A DNA stretch of 63,443 nt, filler included, from Craspedostauros australis (lineage: Eukaryota): NCBI GenBank assembly GCA_030167865.1. It is 12 parts of 12 records of this genome, joined end to end, with 100 filler letters (N's around TTAATTAATTAA, not from the genome) between each part and the next. Parts side by side here need not be neighbours in the genome. Positions count along the whole stretch, not along the records: positions 33,310 to 39,064 come from JALAGF010006224.1; positions 39,165 to 42,661 come from JALAGF010006225.1; positions 42,762 to 47,652 come from JALAGF010006226.1; 9 more parts are not named here. One strand, given 5' to 3'. The notes beneath the pieces are model-generated. The model was not told the origin of the DNA and made no database searches. It saw only the letters and a program-made list of their open reading frames with translations. The position numbers were made by a program, and so were the translations under genes. Position 1 is the first letter of the stretch, and each line of letters opens with the position of its first letter. Of this stretch, positions 33,886-47,752 are shown piece by piece.

Positions 33886-36800
33886 TACATTGGTTGAAGC
33901 TCAAAGACTTCAANAACANCATCAAGAAGCTGAACAACCACGTTCGCAACCAAGTCTTCACTCTCCAGTCCAAAGGCGAAACAGTTGGCAGCAAAGTCAC
34001 CTTTGCACTCATCACTGCATACAACACATCATACAATGAGGAGTTTGTCAGCCACATCCAGCGCTGCAGTGACTGCGGTACTCCAGACTACATCAGTCTC
34101 ACGAATACTGCTGAGACCAAGTACCAGAGCGTGGTCAATGCCAGCACATGGAACCGCCTTTCTTGCGACAAGCAGCTCCTTGCTCTCTGAGCCAAGACGA
34201 AGCAGCTCAAAGCGTCAATCACCAAATCATCCAGCAAGCAAGCAAACAACAAGAAGGACAACAAAGGGACAGCTTGCCACAAGGTGGCAACCACCCTCTT
34301 GCCAATCAAGATCCGCCAAAGGGCAACAACCCCAGGCACTTTGTCCACCAGGGAACCACCTTCCACTGGTGTGACAACCACAAGGCATGGGACAAGCACA
34401 AGACATCCAACTGTCACGCCCGATCCAGCAAGCATGCTGACTCCTCTGGGAAGAAGTGCTTGTATGACAAGAAATCGTCCTCATCCAAATCCGCCAAGAT
34501 ACACACCAAGTCAGCTCCTCACGTCCACTTCGACGACGGCAACGGAAACTTCAACAGTAGTCAGCATTCCACTCCCAGCAATGGAAACATCAGCAAGAAC
34601 TGACATGTCAGCACGCCCATCCAGTCAACGTTATCAGTCACAGACCTGCAAGGCACCTCTGCAATGCAGATGGCATTGCACCGGATGGGTGATGTGCCAA
34701 TCGGAATCGACACTTGCATGTTGGCCACAGTCTCTGGACAATGCGGCAACTTCAACAACGATCTTCAACCTATCCATGGTATGACCATAGAATGAGTTGG
34801 AGGGTCCATCCCCATCCAATCCAAGGGCACACTGTCATGGACAATACTTGACAATGATGGCAGGCCCACTGCGGATTAAGATATCCAACGCTTTCTATGC
34901 GCCACAGCTTCGCATCCATCTGTTCTGTCCGCAGCAATGGTCTGACCAAGGTCCCCACGATCATCACGGCAGGCACCTGCGTACCTGCGCGACAAACGGC
35001 AACTACACTGTCCTGCGCTCCTCACGTTGCAAGGTCACAGTGTATCATCATCCAGGCACCAACCTGCCGTTGATGTCTGTCGCCAACACCAAGCGACATG
35101 CGCCAGCATTCCTTGCTACTTCCAGTCCTCCAAGCAACTCAGAACTTCTCAACATCAACAATGTCCCCAATGACACGATGGAGGTTCACGAAGATCCCAA
35201 GCTTGCCAAGTTGAGGCCCGATCCTCTCCAAGACAACAACACACTGGTCCGTGATCAGTTGGCAATACATCCTGTTGGTGCCTCTGACGCACAAGGACAG
35301 CTACTCCGGTGGCGTCATCACTTGGGACACCTACCCTTCCGTGTCTTGCGCAACATGGCGTCACACAGCATCATACCACGACACTTGGCCAAGGCCGANN
35401 NNNNNNNNNNNNNNNNNNNNNNNNNNNNNNNNNNNNNNNNNNNNNNNNCAACGCGACTGCAATGCACACATAGATCACTCCATAAAACTTAAAATGAAAC
35501 CAAGTAGAAGCTGAAAGGGTCCACCATATGTAAATAGACTACGAGGATTATGTATATGTAATTAGTTTTAAAATCCCAGAAAAACGACTAGACTCTTCAT
35601 TTCAAACAGTTGGTCGACTCGCTCGAGGGGCTCATACACATGCGTGACAGTGTTTGTTGATCAGTACCTTGGTATTGACTACGTTCACTTGCAGCTCACC
35701 CAGTCTGGTGCCAACACACTGCAAGCCAATCAGGCTTTCGAGCGCTATACTCACTCATTCGGTGTCTGCATACACCACTACCACCCTGACAAAGACAGAT
35801 TCGCTGAGCAACTGTTCCGCACAGCTGTCGCAGCAGCCAATCAAACCATCACATTCTGTGGAGTCAATGCTCACCATCAGAATGGCGTCGCCGAGCGACG
35901 CATCCGCAACCTCCAAGAGTCCACTTGCTCGATGCTCTTGCATTCGCAGCACTATTGGCCTGATGTCATTCATCCGTCTCTATGGCTGTATGCTCTGTGT
36001 TACGCCTCTGAGATCCGAAGGAACGCTGCTCGAGAGGGAGACATATCGCCACTCCAGCGATTCGCGCAGATCGAGGTCCAACCCTTGATGCAACACTTTC
36101 ACACATTTGGATGCCCTGTATACATCCTCAAGGCCGCACTGCAACAGGGATCCCAGGTTCCCAAGTGGAGCAGCCGAGCCAACATTGCCATATTCCTTGA
36201 CATGTCAGCTGAACGTGCGAGCAGCGTACCTATCGTTCTCAAGATCGACACAGGGTACATATCGCCACAGTTCCATCTGAACTTCGATGACAGGTTCCAA
36301 ACGGTCAAGACCAATCCACTCCTGCATCCTGGCGCATCGCAGTGGCAGCGTCTCACACACATCGACGAACCAGCCGAGCCCTTGCAACAGATTCGCTCCG
36401 AACGCATCACACGTGCTGTTCAGCACCAGCTTTCCGCAAGCACGCGTCCTCCAGGGACCACACACACTGCACCTGACGCCAAGCCATTCCAGCTTGACAT
36501 GCAGCACAAGTTGCATGACCTTCCGAGGTCCAGCCTTCCAAGGCACACTGTTCCAAGACAACCAGCAAGCTCACCGTCAGAGGGAGCTATGCCATCGCCA
36601 CACAGAACGCATCACGATCCTCTCCATCCGCAACAGAATGTGCAGAGACCAACCAGCCTACACTCCAACTCCAATCCTACCACACATACACTGCTCAATC
36701 CTTCCACNCATCTGACGTCCTCAACATGAACTCGGGCGATCTGCACCCCATGTCATTCGCAGCAACACTTGCAGACGATGACACTATGTACTGGGGGCAA

Positions 36801-38712
36801 ATGCAGAAGCAGCCTGGCCGCGACAAAATCATTGGGGCAATGCACAAGGAAATCGAAGACCACCAATCCAGACAACATTGGGAGGTCGTCCAACGCAATC
36901 ATGTGCCAAAAGGGCACAAGATCCTGAAAGCCGCCTGGTCATTCAAATGCAAACGCAGACTTGCAACCGGCGAAATCTACAAGTGGAAAGCACGGCTATG
37001 CGTGCATGGAGGAGAGCANNNNNNNNNNNNNNNNNNNNNNNNNNNNNNNNNNNNNNNNNNNNNNNNNNACATGAACTCGGGCGATCTGCACCCCATGTCA
37101 TTCGCAGCAACACTTGCAGACGATGACACTATGTACTGGGGGCAAATGCAGAAGCAGCCTGGCCGCGACAAAATCATTGGGGCAATGCACAAGGAAATCG
37201 AAGACCACCAATCCAGACAACATTGGGAGGTCGTCCAACGCAATCATGTGCCAAAAGGGCACAAGATCCTGAAAGCCGNNNNNNNNNNNNNNNNNNNNNN
37301 NNNNNNNGCAACCGGCGAAATCTACAAGTGGAAAGCACGGCTATGCGTGCATGGAGGAGAGCAACAACATGGTGTCAACTACTGGGAAACATTCGCACCT
37401 GTTGTGCAATGGTCCACCATCCAGACATTCCTCACCATGGCCGTCCAACGGCACTGGCACACTTGCCAAATCGACTTTGTTCTGGCGTCCCCACAAGCGG
37501 ATGTGGAATGCAACATCTTCATGCAAGTACCTCAGGAGTGCAACGTGGACGGAGACAGCAGGTCTCACATTGTCAAGCTCAAGAATACTCTGTACAGCAC
37601 CAAGCAAGCAGCATTGGTATGGCATCGGCATGTGGTTGACAGCCTGATGCAGCATGGGTTCCAGCAAAGCCAAGTCGACGAATGCCTTCTCTGCGAGGGC
37701 AACACATCCATTCTGCTGTACGTTGATGACACCATCATCATTGGCCCACGCAAACACGAGATCGATGACATCATCGAGCGCCTCAAGGCACGGTTCACAC
37801 TAACCGACGAAGGCAACATGACTGAGTATCTAGGCGTTCACATCCAACGTACTGATGACACCATCACACTCACACAACCGCAACTCATAGATCGAATCAT
37901 ACGAGCAGCCAAGATCGATCCTGACTCACCAGGACGAACCTATTCGACGCCAGCCATCAAACCACTCCTATACAAGGACACTGGTGGCCCCGCTGCCACT
38001 TGGCGATTCGAATATCGGTCAGTTGTGGGGATGCTCAACTTCCTCACATGATCAATGAGACCTGACATCTGCTTCGCAGTCCATCAATGCGCACGCTTCA
38101 TGGCTCATCCGATGAAGTCACACAAAGATGCCATCGAATGGATTGTACGATACCTTGCTCACACATGGGATATGGGACTCCGCATCTCACCTACCCAATG
38201 ACTCCATTCACTGCTATGCTGATGCAGACTTCGCAGGAGGCTTCACACAAGCCAACAACGACCCCAACACGGCAAACAGTCGTACCGGATACGTCGTCCT
38301 GTATGCAGGATTCCCCATCATATGGAACTCCAAACTGCAAACAGAAGTCGCACTCAGCACCACAGAAGCCAAGTACGTGGCTCTCAGCCAAGCTCTATGA
38401 GAGGTTATACCCATCATACACCTCATCAACGAAATGAAGCAGCACATATCGTCATTCGACACTTCTCTGCCAACAGTTCACTGCGCAGCATTTGAGGACA
38501 ACTCCGGTGCCCTCGAACCCGCAAACGCACCCAGAATGCGTCCTCATACCAAACACATCAATGTCACATACCATCACTTCCGTGAAGCTGTCAGCAAAGG
38601 GCTCATCACTATCGAAAAGGTCGACACGTTGGACCAGATGGCCAATGTATTCACCAAGCCCTTGGCACATCCACTATTCGAATCTCTGCGATTGCGACTA
38701 TTGGAATGGTAA
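33885..38712 (+). pseudogene. Copia family C gag-pol, decayed by stops and frameshifts
   Basis: WCDNHKAWDKHKTSNC Gag knuckle; HHLGHLPF; AHHQNGVAERRIR; KWKARLCVHG, LLYVDDT; YADADFAG, VALSTTEAKY, TKHINVTYHHFRE. Confidence 0.93.
35449..35599 (+). mobile_element. AT-rich insertion within family C integrase, possibly the 3' end of another LTR
   Basis: Non-coding AT-rich block ending GACTCTTCA, after which integrase sequence (QTVGRLAR...VTVFVD) resumes. Confidence 0.4.
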
Positions 38713-38745
38713 GCGCGGTCCGCTCGTGCCACCGACAAGAGGGAG

Positions 38746-39041
38746 TGTGCAGATTAAGTGCCAATTCATGAATCTGGCCAGCGAGAATAGAGGGCAAATG
38801 AAGTCCGGTTGTGTCCGGCTTTGCCTTCCAGTGTCGGACTTTGGCAGGTCAAAAGGGGAAGTGAAACTGCCAACGTCAGCNCGGTTAAACGTAGTGTGAC
38901 CACGAACGTAGATGAGACGATTGAGAATGTGTTTTGAGTTGATTTGGTGGTTGTAAAGCTTGAGTTTTGTAAGATTGTTATTTTTATGAGATTGTTTTGG
39001 TTGAAGGTTGGAGAGGAAAACGAGATGGGCTGGTCATCACA
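38746..39041 (+). repeat. Probable family C 3' LTR
   Basis: PPT AAGAGGGAG followed by TGTG; candidate end CACA at 39041; no second copy to confirm the end. Confidence 0.5.
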
Positions 39042-39164
39042 CTGCTCTGCTGTTGGTTGTCGCTNNNNNNNNNNNNNNNNNNNNNNNNNNNNNNNNNNNN
39101 NNNNNNNNTTAATTAATTAANNNNNNNNNNNNNNNNNNNNNNNNNNNNNNNNNNNNNNNNNNNN

Positions 39165-42100
39165 CTGACGTCGACAGGATGTCATCATGTCACCACGTCG
39201 ACATCTGTCTCCAAGTCAGAGCAGGAGGCGAAGATCCGATGACCCATGGATACTGAAGGTGAACTTCAAATGGTAAGTACTCATGGAGTAGGAACCAGTA
39301 CTGAACGAACGGAGTGTCGAATGCGGAGTACGCATCGAACACGGAGTATCGTGTGGCACGAGCACACGATGTTGAGAGAGAGAGAGAGAGAATACAGAGA
39401 GGAGCGAGAGAGCATCTCGCGCACCGACTCATAGTCGGAGACTGAATCTATGAAACAGATTGAAGCGCCGAGAGCATCGGGCAAGAGAACGGGCGTACAC
39501 CAAGAGGATCGGAGTAGCCAACTAATGAAATAGCAAACGAACGACTATCAACCAACACCATCTTCCACGATCGTAGGTTNNNNNNNNNNNNNNNNNNNNN
39601 NNNNNNNNNNNNNNNNNNNNNNNNNNNNNATGGAGTAGGAACCAGTACTGAATGAACAGAGTGTCGAATGCGGAGTACGCATCGAACATGTAGTATCGCG
39701 TAGCACGAAGCACACGATGCTGAGACAGAGAGGAGCAAGAGAGCATCTCGCGTACCGACTCATAGTCGAACGACCGAATCTACGAAACAGATTGAACCGC
39801 CAAGAGCATCGGGCAAGAGAACAGGTGTACACCGAGAGGGTTGGAGTAACCAAGTAATGAAATAGCAAACGAACGACTATCAACCAACACCACCCTCCAC
39901 AATTGTAGGTTACCAATCACAGAACTTGCCAACACGTTTATAAACGATAGATCAGGGCGAGCCCGCGGATCGGATCGTGCGAGGAAGACGAACATCATTC
40001 AAGAGCAGCAGGCTGAATGAGCGAGGAAGAGGAATTGAAAGACATCCCTCTGTCCCAACCAGCTATCAAGCAAGAAGAAGGTGCAAGTGAGACTCGACTT
40101 CAAGAGCAGAAGGAAGCAGCCGCGGATACTGTCCTATCAGGCGCAGAGGCAAGCGCAATCGACAAGACTGAAGAGGAACGGTCTGCAAGACTACATCGCG
40201 AGGAGGAGAGGATTCTCAAGGTGGTAAAGCAAGAGGAGACTGGTGTGACAGAGAGCATTCGCACAGCCAAACAGGGTGAGAAAAGTGAGACACCATCAGG
40301 AGGAGAATTTGTGAGGAAAGCAATCTCCGCGCAACAACGAGCGAAAATCGAAGAAGTGACAACACAAAAACAAACGGAAATCAAGGGCGCGAGCGCACCA
40401 ACGACGAAATGACAAGACAAGATGGCGACACCAGCCAACATGAACAAGTGACGCATCAAAGCGCCGATTTTCAGCGGTGAACAAGAGGATTATAGCGCAT
40501 GGGAGTCCCAAGCAAAGGCATACGCTCGTACACAGAAGACGAGAGACGTGATGTTGGGCAAGACGAAGATCCCAACAGTGAGTGAGATCGCGGCAGCCAG
40601 CAGAGAAGACAAGGATGCATTAGAGGAAACCTACAAACTGGCAGGTGACTGCTTCAGCGATTTGATCCTCATGATGGATGCAGAGAAAGGTAAGGGCAAG
40701 CAGGCCATCCAATACATCAATCAGTGCATCTCCAATGATTACCCTGAGGGGAATCCACACATGGCATGGAACTTTCTCGCGGAGAAGTTCCGGCCATCCG
40801 ACGCAGCAACGAAAATCAAACTCAAGCGTCAATTCAACAACGAAAGGATGAAGAGAGCCTCAGACCCCGACGTATACATCACGCGACTCGAGATACTACG
40901 CTCACGTCTCCACGATGTTGGATACACAATCACTGATGAGGAAATGATCATGCAAATCCTCAGTACGGTGAGTGTGGAATACAGAACACACGTCGTGAGT
41001 TTCAACCACCAACTCACGTTCAATCCGACAGTGGTCACCATCAACGAGATCAGAGGAGTACTTCGTGAAGCACACGCCACGCATCAAGGCGGAAAGGCAT
41101 ACGTCGACGATTTCCAAGACAGTAACACGAAGAGCAACGACACCGGCTTCACNAGCACCNGTAACTTCAAGGGGACCTGCCACAACTGTGGTGTGTATGG
41201 TCACAGATCCACCGATTGCCCAGAACGCAAGAAATCGAACAACAAGAAAAACAACAACAACAACAAGATGAACGGAAAGCGCAACAACAATCGCAACAAG
41301 GGAAGCGGCTTCAAGGGCAAGTGCAACTACTGTGGCATCTTCGGACACCGCGAGGCGGAGTGCCGAAAGAAGAAGTTCAACGAGAACAAGAAGAACAACG
41401 AACAGGCCAACGCGGCAACGGAAGGACACGACAAGAGCGGACACGAGATGGTACTCTCAGCAAAGGACATGCCGCTCTGCATGTTGGTGTCCGACGACTA
41501 CNNNNNNNNNNNNNNNNNNNNNNNNNNNNNNNNNNNNNNNNNNNNNNNNNNGCCACGCATCAAGGCGGAAAGGCATACGTCGACGATTTCCAAGACAGTA
41601 ACACGAAGAGCAACGACACCGGCTTCACGAGCACCAGTAACTTCAAGGGGACCTGCCACAACTGTGGTGTGTATGGTCACAGATCCACCGATTGCCCAGA
41701 ACGCAAGAAATCGAACAACAAGAAAAACAACAACAACAACAAGATGAACGGAAAGCGCAACAACAATCGCAACAAGGGAAGCGGCTTCAAGGGCAAGTGC
41801 AACTACTGTGGCATCTTCGGACACCGCGAGGCGGAGTGCCGAAAGAAGAAGTTCAACGANNNNNNNNNNNNNNNNNNNNNNNNNNNNNNNNNNNNNNNNN
41901 NNNNNNNNNNNNNNNNNNNNNNNNNNNNNNNNNNNNNNNNNNNNNTGCCGCTCTGCATGTTGGTGTCCGACGACTACATCGAAGACTCCTTCTTCGATAA
42001 CTTCGAATGCGTCGGAAGTGACGACGAAGTGCAGGACGATGAGATCGTCCCGGAGTGGCTCAGCGAGGAGCCCATCATCCACGAGGTGGATCCAAGACAC

Positions 42101-42661
42101 GAAGTGAGCTACGAGTGCTGCTTCAACGCGCACGACCTGATCGGTCCATACGGCGACGGAGCTGAGATGGGAACGGAGGACATCGATATCGAGATCGAAG
42201 CGGCCATGAATGCAGATGATGCCGAGGCCAACGAGAACGGCGTGGATCAAGGCAACAGCGACGTCTCCGGAGACGATACAAATGGCGGCGAGGCGCCGCC
42301 TCCTCCAGCAGCGGGGAACAACAGAATGGGCATCTTCGACGAAGATAGCGACGACGAGCCAGAAGATCATCCAGATGACAGCTTCAATCCAAATGAACGA
42401 GTCATCTACCCAATCAGAATCCAATTCCCACCAGAGCCGAATCCCAGAAGAGTCGACGACATCTACTGACGCAACATGTTCCCATACCCAACAGTCACTG
42501 CAGAGAGAATGCAATGGCAACTCATCCATGACGCAGTGTTGACTGCTGGATTGCCAATGTTCCCAGGGATCGTGAACGGACCATTGCTGCATGTATGGGT
42601 GAACATGGTGAGCACCATCCTATGCGAGAACTTCAGATCGACTGAAGAGATCCTTGCCAAC
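39165..42661 (+). mobile_element. Copia family A second 5' half: two partial LTR segments ending at 39934, gag from 40017 with premature stops
   Basis: Collinear with 29263-31890; same knuckles and same post-LTR palindrome. Confidence 0.93.
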
Positions 42662-42761
42662 NNNNNNNNNNNNNNNNNNNNNNNNNNNNNNNNNNNNNNN
42701 NNNNNTTAATTAATTAANNNNNNNNNNNNNNNNNNNNNNNNNNNNNNNNNNNNNNNNNNNN

Positions 42762-43430
42762 GGCGTCCTGCAGCTTCTCATCGATGGCGGCGCTGAAGTG
42801 GAGGCTCGCGATGTGGACGGATGCACGGCATTGTATCACGCCGTTAAGCATGGATGTCATGACATTGTGGAAATTCTGCTGCAGCACAATGCCGACATCA
42901 ACGACAGCCGGCGTGATGGACTGACAGCAGTCCAACTAGCATGTGACAACGGCGACGTTCGCATAGTCAGGCTCCTGCTGGAGAATGGCGGCGATTGCAG
43001 CGGCACCAGCTGGAGTGCTAGCAGCGCCATGCACATTGCCTGCGAGCACAACAACGTGCCCATGATCGAAGAATTGATCTCCTTGGGGCAAAGCGTACAT
43101 GGGCCGCGGGCGGACTTGAACACGCCGCTTGATGTGGCGTGTAAAACAAGCAACTTCGAGGCTGCGCGGACGCTGCTGCATCATGGAGCTAATCCGAGCG
43201 AAGGCGCCCACAATGGCAACTACTTACTCTGTGCGACGATGTGGAACAAGGATTCCGGTATGGTCGAGCTGTTGCTTCGCCACGGCGTCAGCATCCATGA
43301 GCATCCCAATCAGCTCCGCACAATCGGCACTGACAACGCCCTAGAGCAAGCAGAACGTCATGGAGAGGAATATTATGAAGGGATGCTGCGGTACCTGACC
43401 AAAAGTACTCGTAATTCAGACAAGTTTTAA
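42762..43430 (+). CDS. Ankyrin-repeat protein, C-terminal part
   Basis: GCTALYHAVKHG, GLTAVQLACDNG, SAMHIACEHN, NTPLDVACKTS repeats. Confidence 0.88.
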   Translation, partial: GVLQLLIDGGAEVEARDVDGCTALYHAVKHGCHDIVEILLQHNADINDSRRDGLTAVQLACDNGDVRIVRLLLENGGDCSGTSWSASSAMHIACEHNNVPMIEELISLGQSVHGPRADLNTPLDVACKTSNFEAARTLLHHGANPSEGAHNGNYLLCATMWNKDSGMVELLLRHGVSIHEHPNQLRTIGTDNALEQAERHGEEYYEGMLRYLTKSTRNSDKF

Positions 43431-44535
43431 AGCGATGCTCGTGATGTGGTATACTATTATATGATTCTTCAGAGAGGTCATCGATGCCTCAGTGATGTTC
43501 TACGCTCACAGAGTAGGGGTAATTGACCGCCTGCTGGATTCGTCCATGAAGTTGGGTCAGTGCTCAAATTCATTTTACCACCACCGCTCCGAAGCCTTCA
43601 GAATGGACTGGTCACAATCCGTTCTCTTCCCCTTGGTCTCGCGCTTTGTTTCATCTCATGTCGTCTTGTGTCGGCTCACAAGGGCTCAATGGAAAAGCTG
43701 TGCCCGCTCCGCCCGACGGTCTCCGTGGTGCTACTCGTCGCAGTGGACCAAATGAGATCTTCAGAGAGAGAGAGAGAGAGAGAGAGACAGCTGCCCACCG
43801 ACGAGAAAGAAAGAAGGGCACTGTTTGATCAGTGTGTGGATCTATTGTTGGAAGACAAGCCCTCACGTACTCGTGCTCCAGTGGTTGCAAGGATCGTGGA
43901 CATGATCGAAGTCGACACTGCACGCTGTTACTTTCTTCTCCTCTCTTCTCTTCCCCGCTTGGGTTTGACCCTGACTTTTGGGTTGAGATCATGATGGCAG
44001 TGGGATCGCTGGAGGGTGCATCTGCAGAGGGAGCGGAAGGGTGAGGGTTGGCGCTCCCAAGCTCGCAGTATCCGCCGACATCAGATGGCTTGCCCACCCT
44101 GCAAGCGATTCGCCAGCATGTACTATACGAGCTACTCATCGAGTAGCACGAAGAGGTCGCATCCATCCATGACCTCCCTTCAAGCCATCCCATCATCTAT
44201 CATATCTCGTTGCATCCGTCGACCGCTGCGGTACGGCATGTACTATATGTGCAATCTACCACAGAGCACGAGGACCAGGATCCTTAGATCATCTGCCGAA
44301 AATGGCATCATCGCAAATCTGTGCGTTGTTCGACAGGCTCGCCTGGACCGTCCGGTACTTGGATTAGTCATGGATAAAACCGACGGACAGACCGCCAATC
44401 GAACTTCAAGACGTTTCGAACTGAGTCCCGCGTAACCCTGTTCTGTCTTCAAGCAATAATTTGAATATTTACGGACGTTATATTGACGTTACGCATGTCG
44501 GTCTTATTCCATGTTAGATAGCACGGCTGGCGTGT

Positions 44536-44650
44536 TTCAGAATGATTCAGAATCAGACTCCGATTCAGAACGGATTCAGACTTTCAGAACCGATTCAGAA
44601 CGGAGTCAGAACTTCAGAACTTCTGACTTTTTCCATTCTGATTCTGAATC
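44536..44650. repeat. TTCAGA(A) motif cluster 1 with inverted TTCTGA copies
   Basis: About 10 direct copies followed by 3 inverted copies. Confidence 0.85.
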
Positions 44651-45065
44651 GAGAGTGTCTCCCCCAGTGATCGTCGCGGGGGCTTCGCTGCGACATCAAC
44701 AACATGACCACGAGCCGAAGCATCTTCGCACCAAAAAAGATGTCGTAGCCGATGTGATCACGAAGGCTAACATGTTACTCTACTCAGTATTCTGTTCTTT
44801 GGTGGAATGTTATCTTGTCAGCCATCGAAAATCGAAGCATATGTACTTGCAACCTGATGAGTGAAGAGTTGCAAGCATGCAGCAACAGAAACAGAGACAA
44901 TGGAGTAGCTATCGATTATTTGCGTGTGGGTGCTTGGAAGCAAACAACGAAGAAGCAGCTGTTGTGTTACCAAGTTGTCATGTTAGGAAGGCGTTAGTAG
45001 ACGTTTTGCGCCATGTTTCAAATGACGGCAATCTTGTGCAGAACTTGACTTGCATCCGCGACAGC

Positions 45066-45183
45066 ATTCAGACTTTCAGAATGGATTCAGAACGGAGTCA
45101 GAACGGATTCAGAACTTCAGAAGTTCTGATTCAGAACTTCAGAAGTTCTGATTCTGAATTCAGAATGAGCAGTCTGATTCAGA
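45066..45183. repeat. TTCAGA(A) motif cluster 2
   Basis: Shares the block ATTCAGACTTTCAGAA..GATTCAGAACGGAGTCAGAAC with cluster 1. Confidence 0.85.
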
Positions 45184-46222
45184 ACGGTGACAGGAAGACA
45201 CTCAAGTGTTCCGTGTTGGCTGGCCTGTCCTGCTCTCCAACCGTTACGCAATTGGCCAAACCGTTATATTCAGTCTCCAAGCATGTTTCGGAAGGATTGA
45301 AACGCGAACCCACGAAACTGATGTAGTAGTAGTCTAATGAGTCGAATGAAACCGTCTTATTTATCCACGACTAATCCAAGTACCGGACGGTCCTGGCTCT
45401 TGGCGCGCTTCACTTTCTGTGTTTGTGGACAGCGACAAAACACGATCGAGGCTCGCAATTTGTGAGATCGAAGTTTCTGCTTCTTTTTGTTACTTTGTCC
45501 GGTCATTTGGGTGTTTCGAACACGAGGTATACCTCCTTCTTGTTTGCGAGACAGACGAAATCAGACTTCTGAAGTTCTTTCTCATCCAGTCTTTTGATTG
45601 GTTGTGACAATCAACTCCGTGCTTTCGATTGGTCCATCCTTCCATTCAAGGCGTTCGCAAAATGTCACGCGAACTCGTCATAAATACGACCTCTTGAGTT
45701 GCATCTCCAACCACCAAACCTTGGTGGTTGTGTGACGTGCCAACACACCCACACGTCCACACCGCTTTTGCTCACTTTTTGCCGCTGTGGTCCATCACAA
45801 TACGATCGAGGCAGAACAAAGCGCAGCACATCTCCACATCGTTGTCGGCGTTCTTCTCGTGTTGTCTGCGATGGCACCATGAGTGATGACGGTACAACAA
45901 CAGGCACCGCCGGAAACCTGAGCCAGAGGTTGCTCGTTGCACCGTGCGTGCACGAGCACGAGCACGAGCACCAGTGCTGCGTGGCCTGTTGAACCATAAA
46001 CACAGCAAGAAGCAAAACTCAAGAGCGCAATCGCATGCAAGCATCACACGCAGACATACTCGCACACATACGCGTACATACACTCACACACAAAAGAACA
46101 GAAAGCACAGACATCGATAAAGACATCAACCACCAGTTTAGGAAAGCACGCCCATCATTGCACCCACACCGATCAAGCCAACAAGCCAACAATCTAACAA
46201 ATCCACAAGCTCCAAAAGTCGA

Positions 46223-47652
46223 ATGACCATGCGAGGGGATGAAGTCATTTGTCTGAATGTAGGCGGAACGCCGTTCTATTGCAGCCTCTGCACGCTCACG
46301 ACAGCCAAGGGATCGTATTTTGATGCCCGTTTCTCATCCGGCTTTCACCCTGGAGGGCAGCTTGGCGAGACCGGTCTCTGCGGTGCAAGCGGCAGCAACG
46401 AAGCCGAATGCCAAACATGCCAGAAGCCCAACGCGATCCCGACCTTCTTCATCGATCGCAATCCTCGCTACTTCCCTTTCATCCTGCAGTTCCTGCGAGA
46501 TCAGCAAACCGAGCTTCCGAGGGAGCTGCTGCCTTTCACGCCTGGCAAAGCGGAGCTCTGGGATTGCTTGGAGAAGGAGGCCGACTTTTACTGTCTCGCG
46601 CACCTTCAGTACATGCTTCGCACCACAAGGCTCATTTGCAGCACCACCGAATTCCCCTTCCGCTCCGACGGCAAAGGGATCTTGCATCATGTCGGCACCA
46701 ACTTTGGCAAGGAGGAAGCTTACAACAACCCTTTCCACCGCGGATTGGTGCGCGTCTACCGATCCACGGATCCGGGACAATCCGAGTCACGACATTGGTC
46801 GGAGCAGGACCTGATTTCTGGGACGGACAAAGCACGCGCCAACTTCGTTGCATACCGCCCGATGTTCTGCCAGCTCAAGGCCAAGACGAGACGCAAGAGA
46901 ACGCGAATGCATCCACCATCATCCTCTACTCGTGTATCATCCCAACGAAGACAGAGACGGCGTCGCAACCGTCGGCGTTCCCGCGCCAATTCGTCGAATC
47001 GAAGGAATGATGCCATCGGTCACATCTTTGCCATTCACGACGACGATGTCAATGATCATGATCATGATGCAGAGGGAGATGACGGCGCTGTAATTATTGA
47101 TGATATCGATGAAAGCGAGGTGGAAGAGGATGGCAATCATGATGATGATGATGACAATGGCGAACATCAAAACCACCATGCTGATAACATCGACCGCGAT
47201 GCCGACAGCAGCAGTGATGAGAATCACGACAACGACGGCAATGGCTTGATTGAGATTGAGCAAGATCGAATCGCGCAAGAACCGGAGAGCGAGGGGTACG
47301 AAATCAGCGTTCCGTACACGGCAGACGTCTTCAGCTGCTGCCTTTACGACGGCCGCATCACCGATCAGGGGATGAGCCAATTCTACGTCACGCTGGAGCT
47401 GCCTGCGGGCATCAAGGTGAGGCCATCGCATTACTCCTTGCGTCACAGCGGCATCAACTGCCCATGTGGCATGGAGTCGTGGGACTTCCTCGCAAGCAAG
47501 GATGGGATCGCATGGACCCTGCTTCACGAATCCCGCCGATCCTCTCCCATCAACATGGACATCGTGAAGGAATCCATCGAGGGCTCGTCGTCTGGATTGG
47601 CAGAGCTGCTGGATTCGACGATCGTCAAGGAGGAAGACATGGTGCTGTTCGC
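46223..47652 (+). CDS. KCTD-type BTB/POZ protein with a C-terminal discoidin-like domain (3' truncated)
   Basis: LNVGG...TLT...SYFDARFS...FFIDRNPRYFPFILQFLRD...EADFY; DGKGILHHVGT...YNNP; VRPSHYSLRH...WDFLASKDGIAWTLLHE. Confidence 0.88.
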
Positions 47653-47752
47653 NNNNNNNNNNNNNNNNNNNNNNNNNNNNNNNNNNNNNNNNNNNNTTAA
47701 TTAATTAANNNNNNNNNNNNNNNNNNNNNNNNNNNNNNNNNNNNNNNNNNNN

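Noticed and set aside
39165..39934. Tandem LTR U5 duplication or CRISPR-like array
   Set aside because: Two diverged LTR pieces across a gap, most simply different copies scaffolded together; no repeat-spacer structure or cas genes anywhere in the window.
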